64,000 nt of DNA from Diplonema japonicum (taxonomy: Eukaryota > Protista > Euglenozoa: Diplonemea): assembly GCA_964019335.1 (NCBI GenBank), contig OZ025662.1, positions 496,001 through 560,000 on the forward strand, in the 5' to 3' direction. Position numbers and translations under genes: made by a program. The stretch's first letter is position 1; each line of letters opens with the position of its first letter. The notes beneath the pieces were generated by a model, which ran no database searches, was not told where the DNA came from, and saw nothing but the letters and a program-made list of their open reading frames with translations. Below are positions 56,532-64,000 of the stretch, one piece after another.

Positions 56532-58638
56532 AAGTCCTGTTGTGTGCAATACTGATAAGTATAATGGGTATATGCATGACTTCGGGGGGGCTGCCCTTTT
56601 TCACAAAAAACCAACTTTTGTTTCCTATTATTCCCTAGCATTGTGGAAAAGCTGCTCCCCTCCCCCCCCTTGGGGCTACGTTGTCGGCCAATTCGAACTT
56701 ATGCCGTACGCACTTTAGATTTTGCTGTGTGTGCATTCTATGCGGGTGGCACACCCACAGAAGAAAAAAAAAAAAAAATAATAGTGACTACGATTACAGA
56801 AAATGCCTAAGCCAGCACCTAAGACAATGAAGGGGGAAATCTCTTCCATTCCATTTTGTGCCCCACTTCACTTCGCCAACACAGGTCCTTGGTTTTGCTG
56901 CGTACGCGTCTGTTGGCAACGTAGCCCTGGTAGGGGGGGTTAATATTTTTTTGATTACCCTATTCAGTTGTTGAGTTATACCCCCCCTCTCTTATAAAAG
57001 CTATTCGTCGGGGCAGCTCACAAACAGCTGTCAGAGTAGTGATTCTTTTGTTGGTGTTGTGCATACCGCGTGAGTAGAGTATTTCTGTCTTTATCAAGTA
57101 AGATTCCTATGTGTGATATTTTTTTTATTTTTCCCCCCCCCTTTTTTTTTCGCCATCCCGACGGCCGGCACCAAGTCCACGGTGGGCACCAACTTGCGCA
57201 CCGCAAACAATAACAAAAAAAAAAAAGATCGAATTTCTTTTTCCCTTCTTCTTTCTCGTTTGCTGCTCTCGGACTTTTTATAGTACAAAACAAGCTTTAC
57301 AGAGATTTCACCGGATCTCTAAAGTGTGTCTGGCTAAGGGTACACACCAGGAAACGTCGATATTGCTTAAGGGTTTCAAAATAAAAAAGAAAATAAATAA
57401 AATAAAAAAACAGGGCAGTTGACAACGCGTTTCTCCATTTGTGAAGCCCCCCCCCCCCCCCTCTTCTCGTAATCTTTCCATTTTACATCTCTTATTCGTT
57501 TGTGTCCCTTGTCCTCAGTCCCCCATTTTTTTTTTCCTCCTTCCCAATTAGCTCTGTTGCATTTATTTCATCTTTTTTTTTTTTTTTTTTACACTTCTTA
57601 TAGTAAATTTCCCTTTATTGGTTTTTCTTTTTTTCTTTTTTCTTTTTTTTAAACATACCGCAGGTACCCTTAAATGTCTCTTTTTTTTTTTCTCTTTTTT
57701 TTTTTAAATATTTTTTTCTCTCTCTCTGTTGTATACTCGCGGAAGAGCGTAGTGATATAAACGCCACTTGTTTTCGATTTACAGTGACTACCCTCCCCAC
57801 CCCCCTTATACTACCCCCTACGGCTCTTGTTGTCGGGTCTGCGAACTCTCCTTTTGCGAGCCATGGAAAAAAGGCAAACTTTTCCCGCCTGCCACCAAGC
57901 TTCACGGAAAGAACAAGATGCCCTGCACGTCAGAGAGGTGACCGCCACACAACTCCAAACTTTGGAGCCAACCTGATGGCGGGACAGATCGACGTCATGG
58001 TTGCATTGTGTTGCTTTTTTTTCTTCTTTTTTCCCCCCCTCTTTTTTCTTCCTTCTCCTTTCATTTGATCCCTTCTTTCGTCATGGTCCCCCGCATGGAT
58101 TGCCAACCAGAACAAAGGGAAGATGGAGGACAACATATCTCGAGAAATGCTGCATCTTCTTTGTGTTTCGTGATGCAGATTGAAGATAGTTATGACGCTT
58201 TGGTCCGAAGTAAAACGTTTCCCGTTTCACATTTTATGTGGGCGAAAAATGGGACAGGGAAGGATGCTACTCGTAGGGATGATACACGTGTGCTCATCAA
58301 GACTTTCAACAAAGGAGGAAAACCTTGTCTGTCCAAAGAGGTGTGTGGACATCTTCAGACACCACGCCCATTTTTCAGTATTAAAAAAAAGAAAAAGAAA
58401 AAGAACTTTCCTTGCAATCCCAGTTTGCGCGTCTTGGAACCATCGATCCAGCCTTTACAGGCCTGCGAAAAGGAGGTTCTTATCGACGCCCTTGCCGAGG
58501 ATCGGAACCAGCATCACAATGCCTGTTTGAATTTTTAAATTCTTCAATATGTGTGAATTTCTTTGTTCACCCTGAAAATTGTGTCGCGTTATTTCTTCGA
58601 TCCTAATCCACTACAGTCGGCAATCTACACAACAAGAC

Positions 58639-60609
58639 ATGAACCCGTCTGTGAACCTTCAGAAGTACGAGCATGGGGAGTGCCTCGGGTCCGGCGGACA
58701 GGGGTCGGTGTACAAGGCGGTGAGGAAGCTGGATAGAAGAACCTTTGCGATGAAAATAATAACTGCGCTCACAGAAGAATTACACAAGAAGAACGTGAAA
58801 GAAGTAGAGCACATGCTGAAGCTGAGCCACAGGAATCTGGTTCCCTGCCATGACTTCTTCGAGACGACAAAGCTAGTGTCAGAGGACCCCCCTGACAAGG
58901 TGTGGCGAGTTCACATCGTGATGCCCCTGTACGAAAATGGGGACCTCTACTCACACATCAAAAAGAAGGGACCCCTCTCTCGGGAAAGGGCGGAAAGGCT
59001 TTTGAAGGAGATGGGAGGGGTCCTTCAGTACACTCACAGCAAGGGCTTCATCCACAGGGATGTGAAGCCTCAAAACATCATGGTGTCCACGCCCCTTTCT
59101 GCGGCCGGTGTTGGCGGGGAGGCAGAGTTCATTCTGGCAGACCTGGGACTGTCGAAGGAGGCAGCCTCCGGTGGAGCAAGCACCTTGGTGGGCACACCAG
59201 CCTTCATGGCGCCCGAAGTGCTCGGAAGCCGCTACACCAACAAAGTGGACATGTGGGCCCTCGGGGTGACGATGTGCTACGTGGTGCTCCAAGAAGACCT
59301 GAGGGACCTCTTTCTGGGTTACCTGCAAACGAATCGGGAACTTGTGATTGGGAAGCTTCAGACTCACCTCCCTTCAGCCCTCGGGGCACCGCTTTGTGAG
59401 GTTGTGCTCCGTCTCCTTTCCACTGATCCTTCGGAACGCCCCAGTGCAGAGGAGTTGAGGAGTGAACCTGGACAGGAGCCGGAGTCCTCAAGCCAGGGTC
59501 CGCACCTTGATGAGTGTGCTAAAACGATCCAGAGGGCTGTCAAAAGATTCCTTAACAGACTTGCATATTGGAAGATACTTAGACCGTGGAAGGAAGAAGA
59601 GAAGGAAAGGATGTATGCGATACAACAAGGGAGGGGGGGGGGGGGGGGGGGAAGAAGGGGACCACAGGCAGCGTCTTGCGTCTGGCAAACCGGGTTTCAT
59701 TGGATTCGGCATCGGTTCAAAAATGGCGGTATGGACCTTATTTTTAAAAAGAAGAAAAAAGAAAGAAGGGGGAAAAAATAAGGGAAAAAAAAAACAGATT
59801 AATGTTCTGAGCAAGCATGTACGGGAGAACGGCTTTGAGCTTGGTGACGTCATCGTGTTGGTGCAGAGGAAGGGAAGGGGTGGGGTGCAAGTCAATTGCC
59901 CAACGCCAACAAAAGAAGCGCTCTTAGAGGCGGTTAGTCCGCAGAGTGAAGTGTTCGAAGGGACAGTGATTTTTATCACTGTTGTGCGCAATCCTGAAGA
60001 ACAGAAGATGTGGAGGTGGATGAGCAAGAAACACTCTTCGGTATCACTGGATTCTTGGATGCGTGCCATCGCAGATGTCGAGACCGTGACACTCCCGGTT
60101 ACGCTCAGAGAAGTTTCCGCTGAAGAATTGCATGATGCTCTCAAAAGATGCAGCAGGACCGCTGGTGCGATAGACTCTACATTAATTGTTGATGTTTTGT
60201 ATGGCCATGTCAGAAGGGGAAGGGGAAAAAAAAAAAAAAAAATAGGTGCAACCCTATTAAGTTCAAGGCGTACACTAAGCAGGTTTTCAAAACTGTATAT
60301 GAAGAAACCGCTGTCACGCACGGCTCTTTCAACAAGGCTCTAGAGTATGATGAGATCGAGTTGGTTTGCGACCGTGTTGCAAGACAGATGGGACGCCCCC
60401 CACCTTCAGGCGAGGAACTGAGAAAGATGTTTTATAACATGGATGAGCGATGGGATGGGTATGGGGGAAAAGAAAAAAAGGGGGGTATTCTAAACAGTGA
60501 GGTGGATTTCGAGGGTTTCTTCCCGCACTTTCGTCTCTTTCAAATGAAAGCTATTGCAAAAATGCTACATCGCAGCCAAGAGCCGGAACGCAGAAGAACC
60601 TACAACTAG
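58639..60609 (+). CDS. NEK-like Ser/Thr kinase + IQ + PDZ-like + EF-hand; introns 59613-59667, 59729-59797, 60199-60245, 60459-60497
   Basis: GSGGQG, AMK, HRDVKPQN, DLG, GTPAFMAPE; four GTATG..AG introns join three ORFs in frame. Confidence 0.85.
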
Positions 60610-60687
60610 GCCGAGGCACGCCCCCTGTAATCAAGTAGACGATACTTGTGCAGGGCGCCCTGCCAAATACTGCAGGCACCCTTAAAT
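60586..60687 (+). mobile_element. 3' fragment of family A overlapping the kinase stop codon
   Basis: GAACGCAGAAGAACCTACAACTAGGCCGAGGCACGCCCCCTGTAATCAAGTA matches the 26630 and 36430 regions. Confidence 0.75.
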
Positions 60688-60786
60688 GGTCTCTTTTTTT
60701 TTTCTTCTTCTTTTTTTTTTTTTTTTTTTAGAAAAAAGACGGCAAAAAGAAAAGGAGGAAAAAAAAAAAAGAAAAAAAAGAAAGAA

Positions 60787-61446
60787 ATGGCAACGAAGAT
60801 ATACATAGTCCGCCACGGGCAGGACGAAGATAACGCAGCATTGATCCTCAATGGGCACAGGGACATGCCCCTTACTGAGATGGGGAGGGAACAGGCGAAG
60901 GCAGTGGCAGCGAAGATAGCCACGATAGGTGTGGATGCTGTCTTAGCGTCACCGCTGCAGAGGGCGAATTTCACGGGGAGAGCAATCCGTATGAGCATAA
61001 TTAATTTTTATCTTATTCCCCCCCCCCCCCCCCACCCAGATGAAGCGTGCAACCTTCCAAAGGAAAACTTCCACACGATTGACATTCTCAAGGAGCGTGA
61101 TTTCGGTGTCCTCACGGGTCAGCCTGTCGCAAATATCCAAAAGGTTGCCGGTGATTCTATCCTCCAGACAGATAAGGTGACCTACTTCCTCGAAGTCCCC
61201 GGAGCAGAAGTCTTCCCCGACCTCCTCACGCGAGGCAGGACCATACTCGACTTCGTCAACGAGAACTTCGCAGGCAAAAAGGTGGTGTTAGTTGGGCACG
61301 GCGACATCAACAAAATGATCAGAGCGGCATACCTCAACTGGACGTGGGAGGAAGGCCTGAAAACAGCATATGTTGGGAATACTGATGTCATCGAGCTCCC
61401 ACCAGCTGACGGAACGGATCCTCATCAGACAATGAAGTTTGAGTAG
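60787..61446 (+). CDS. Histidine phosphatase / phosphoglycerate mutase family protein; in-frame intron 60989-61039
   Basis: IYIVRHG, PLTEMGREQA, SPLQRA, LKERDFG, LVGHG. Confidence 0.92.
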   Translation: MATKIYIVRHGQDEDNAALILNGHRDMPLTEMGREQAKAVAAKIATIGVDAVLASPLQRANFTGRAIRMSIINFYLIPPPPPHPDEACNLPKENFHTIDILKERDFGVLTGQPVANIQKVAGDSILQTDKVTYFLEVPGAEVFPDLLTRGRTILDFVNENFAGKKVVLVGHGDINKMIRAAYLNWTWEEGLKTAYVGNTDVIELPPADGTDPHQTMKFE

Positions 61447-61537
61447 GGGGAAAAAAAAAAAGAAAATAAAAATAAAACCCCCCCTCCCCCCCTACAAACC
61501 CAATGAAAATACATAACCAGAAGGAAAAGAAAAAAAA

Positions 61538-61975
61538 ATGCCTCCAAAGAAGAACCAACCAGCGGAGCCCGAAGAGCCTGAAGAAGGCACAGGGTCTTAC
61601 GTGTTCGAGGACGGTAGCAAGTACACAGGGGGTTGGATACTCATCGGCTCGGACAGCGACCGGTGTATCAAACGGCATGGGGAAGGGAAGATGGTAGAGA
61701 ATGGCAATGTCTACGAAGGGGGCTGGGTCAACGACGCGATGGAGGGGAAAGGTGTATTTGAGTTTGAAGGGAAGGGCACCTACACAGGACAATGGATGCA
61801 GAATAAGTACGAAGGCGAAGGCACCTACACATGGCCCGACGGGTCCCTCTACTCAGGTTTATGGAGAGGCGGCCTGATGCACGGCGAGGGAGTCTACACC
61901 GACAACACCGGTAAGCACTGGCACGGGAAATTCTACAACGGTAGCGGGCCTGGGTTGAGTTTAGGTTGTACATAA
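61538..61975 (+). CDS. MORN repeat protein (MORN2-like)
   Basis: Repeated YxGxWxxxxxxGxGxYxxxDG. Confidence 0.92.
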   Translation: MPPKKNQPAEPEEPEEGTGSYVFEDGSKYTGGWILIGSDSDRCIKRHGEGKMVENGNVYEGGWVNDAMEGKGVFEFEGKGTYTGQWMQNKYEGEGTYTWPDGSLYSGLWRGGLMHGEGVYTDNTGKHWHGKFYNGSGPGLSLGCT

Positions 61976-62073
61976 CATTTCTTTTTTTCCTCCCTCCTTT
62001 CAATTTTTTTTTTTTGTGTTCTTCCGTCTTTTCAATTTTTTTTTTCCCCCAGGGCCCAGGGGGGGAGTGAGAA

Positions 62074-62412
62074 ATGCTTAGAAATGCGTTGTGGCGGCAG
62101 GTACGATGCAAAGCTGTCCGTCCCGCGGGCTTCATCGATCGCATGGTGAGAAAGGAGGCAAGACTGGACACCGTCTCCGCGCCGAATTCTGTTGAAGATG
62201 TCATTGCAGAGCAGGAAAAGGGAGCTGGTCACAGAAATGATCAGCAACGCTTTCCTCTTGTCTTCATTGGGTGTATTCTGCTTGCGTATTTACCTTGGTG
62301 GTTGTTCGGATACTCAACAACCGGGGTCCTGATAGAAGGGAACAAAGAAGATACACTTGAGATCCAAAGAGCACGAAAACATCAACGGCCTGGGTTGAGT
62401 GAGAGATCCTGA
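62074..62412 (+). CDS. Small single-TM protein with mitochondrial presequence-like N-terminus
   Basis: MLRNALWRQVR start; TM FPLVFIGCILLAYLPWWLF. Confidence 0.6.
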   Translation: MLRNALWRQVRCKAVRPAGFIDRMVRKEARLDTVSAPNSVEDVIAEQEKGAGHRNDQQRFPLVFIGCILLAYLPWWLFGYSTTGVLIEGNKEDTLEIQRARKHQRPGLSERS

Positions 62413-62514
62413 GAGATCGTGAGAAAAGTACTTTTTTTTTTTTCATTCTTTTTATTTTCCCTGTCCCCCCCAACACGTTTCCAGGAAGAAGGGGGGGCGG
62501 GTGTGTGAGGGGGA

Positions 62515-62898
62515 ATGGACGAAAAACGTGTTGTGGTGCTGCTTACAATAGTTGGCATAATAAGTATCATAGCAGCTTCGTATGTACAAAAAAAAAAAAA
62601 AAAAAAGAAAACATATAGGAATGAAGTGACAGCCCAAGGCACCCACACGTGGAAGTCGAGTGTCCTGTTCTATCTCGGCCTTGCGTTTCTTCTTCCCATT
62701 ACATTTCCCGTCTTTTTGTGTATGTGCTACTTCCCGCTTTGGTGTGCTGGCACTGTTATGCGGCCGTGCTGTGCTGCAGAGGACAGGGACTCGGAGAATG
62801 TATCTGACGAGAACACACCCCTCATTGCCTCAGAGCCGTGTGACCACGTACTAGAGGACTACCACCTAACACGTGTGTACAAAAGTGCAACGGACTAG
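62515..62898 (+). CDS. Small membrane protein; in-frame intron 62580-62618
   Basis: The poly-K stretch is a GTATG..TAG intron; two hydrophobic segments, Cys cluster, ENTPLI dileucine-like motif. Confidence 0.65.
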   Translation: MDEKRVVVLLTIVGIISIIAASYVQKKKKKKKTYRNEVTAQGTHTWKSSVLFYLGLAFLLPITFPVFLCMCYFPLWCAGTVMRPCCAAEDRDSENVSDENTPLIASEPCDHVLEDYHLTRVYKSATD

Positions 62899-63490
62899 AT
62901 TTTTTTCATTTTCTTTTTTGTTAGGGGGTGGTCCTCAAGTGGGATTCATCGCCTTTTGTTTGTTTTGTTTTTTACACAAAAAAGACCGCGCCATTGTATT
63001 CTCTGTCTCTATCTCTCTCTTTTTTTTTCTCAGGGGGGGATCAAAAGGTGTTACCTTTTGTCTTCCCCTCCTCTCCCTTTCTTTCTTTCTGAGCGGCTCT
63101 TCCGACTTCAAAAAAAAACAAAGAGGGGAAGAAGAAGAAGAGGGAAAAAAAAAAACGCTGGCAACGGGCAAAAAAAAAAGCCCCCTTTTTTTGTCGGGTG
63201 GGTGGGGTGGGGGGGTCTTGAGGATCACTTTTTTTTGTGTTCTTGATAGACTCCAAATTTGTCGCCGGTTCTTTTTCGACACCGCAGGGTTGATCTTCGA
63301 TTAGTTAAGCGACAAGATTTAAGGGGTTTTTTTGATACCCTCCCCCCGGGGTGAGTAAGTAATTTAAAAAAAAAGGATCAAAAGGCACATGACCATTTCT
63401 TCCCCCTCCCTCATTCTTCGAAAGAGAAAAACAAATAATAACAACAACAACAACAACAAAAAGGAACGAAATAATATTTTAAAAAAAAAT

Positions 63491-63778
63491 ATGGGCTTCC
63501 GAGATATCTCAAAGGATGTTCTGGCGTTGGGTGGTATGAGGGAGAGGGGAAACAAATGAGGAGAAAAAAAAAGAGAAAAAAAAACAGTAATTCTTGGTCT
63601 TGGTTCTTCGTATTACACATGGAAGCCCCTGATGGATGACCCTGATGGGTTCCGTAGATCGGCTGCTGAGGCAAAGCAGGAGAGCGATGAGTTGAGAGAA
63701 CGAATTAAATTCAAGCAGGAGCAGATGCAGCTGCAGAAGACACTAGAAGCGGCGCGAAAGAGTGACAAGGATGAGTAG
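63491..63778 (+). CDS. 77-aa single-TM + coiled-coil microprotein; intron 63534-63587
   Basis: Spliced product MGFRDISKDVLALGVILGLGSSYYTWKPLMDDPDGFRRSAAEAKQESDELRERIKFKQEQMQLQKTLEAARKSDKDE. Confidence 0.75.
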
Positions 63779-63899
63779 GAACTGCTTTTTTATCTTTTCT
63801 GTTTTTTTTTTTTTTTTTTTTCAACATCGCCTTTCGTTTCCCCCACGTTAACATTTGAATATAAACAGTTATTAAAAAAAAAAAAAAAAAACACACAAA

Positions 63900-64000
63900 A
63901 TGGCCGACGCCCTTTTCGCGAAGATGTCCGCAGCCCTCGGGACCCCTGCTGGTCAGGCTGCGGCGAAGAAGATCAACGAGGTGATCACGTACGAGTTCCC
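63900..64000 (+). CDS. SCP2: SCP2 domain protein, copy 3 (3'-partial at window edge)
   Basis: First 101 nt identical to copies 1 and 2. Confidence 0.9.
   Translation, partial: MADALFAKMSAALGTPAGQAAAKKINEVITYEF

Noticed and set aside
56724-56763. Hairpin followed by AGA, possible single-hairpin H/ACA-like snoRNA
   Set aside because: Too short and no convincing pseudouridylation pocket
57145-57205. Minus-strand ACC..GGT-GCCGGCC..GGCGAA resembling an HDV core
   Set aside because: L3 lacks the UCC/UUC start, and no P1 5' strand or P2 partner is present
58084-58530. Coding-like stretch with a kinase N-lobe-like segment (DATRRDDTRVLIKTF)
   Set aside because: No consistent spliced frame or core kinase motifs; at most a decayed fragment

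Overview
Eukaryotic nuclear DNA from a euglenozoan, most likely a diplonemid (inference). The alpha-tubulin C-terminus [16 protein letters not shown] is kinetoplastid-like, all ~30 host protein genes lie on the + strand as in a polycistronic directional cluster, and many genes carry tiny (35-69 nt) GTATG...AG cis-introns that split the ORF track. Intergenic DNA is rich in long A/T/G/C homopolymers. A gene-poor, repeat-rich island spans about 20.5-38.7 kb. The main finding is two unrelated families of short non-coding repeats (family A, ~310 bp, 4 copies; family B, ~450 bp, 3 copies) whose 5' ends each fold by hand into an HDV-like self-cleaving ribozyme; the best copies are at 25964-26039 and 36213-36341. 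They sit after T-runs, mostly sense to the gene cluster, near a 5'-truncated non-LTR retrotransposon with the same target preference, which suggests ribozyme-headed SINE-like elements. Other findings: hAT-derived elements with CATAG...CTATG termini and 6-bp target duplications, a 184-bp-arm palindrome/MITE, an LSU rRNA fragment, three SCP2 genes with identical coding sequence but unrelated flanks, two intron-split microproteins missed by the ORF track, and two probable pseudoenzymes. All calls come from manual reading; no searches were run.
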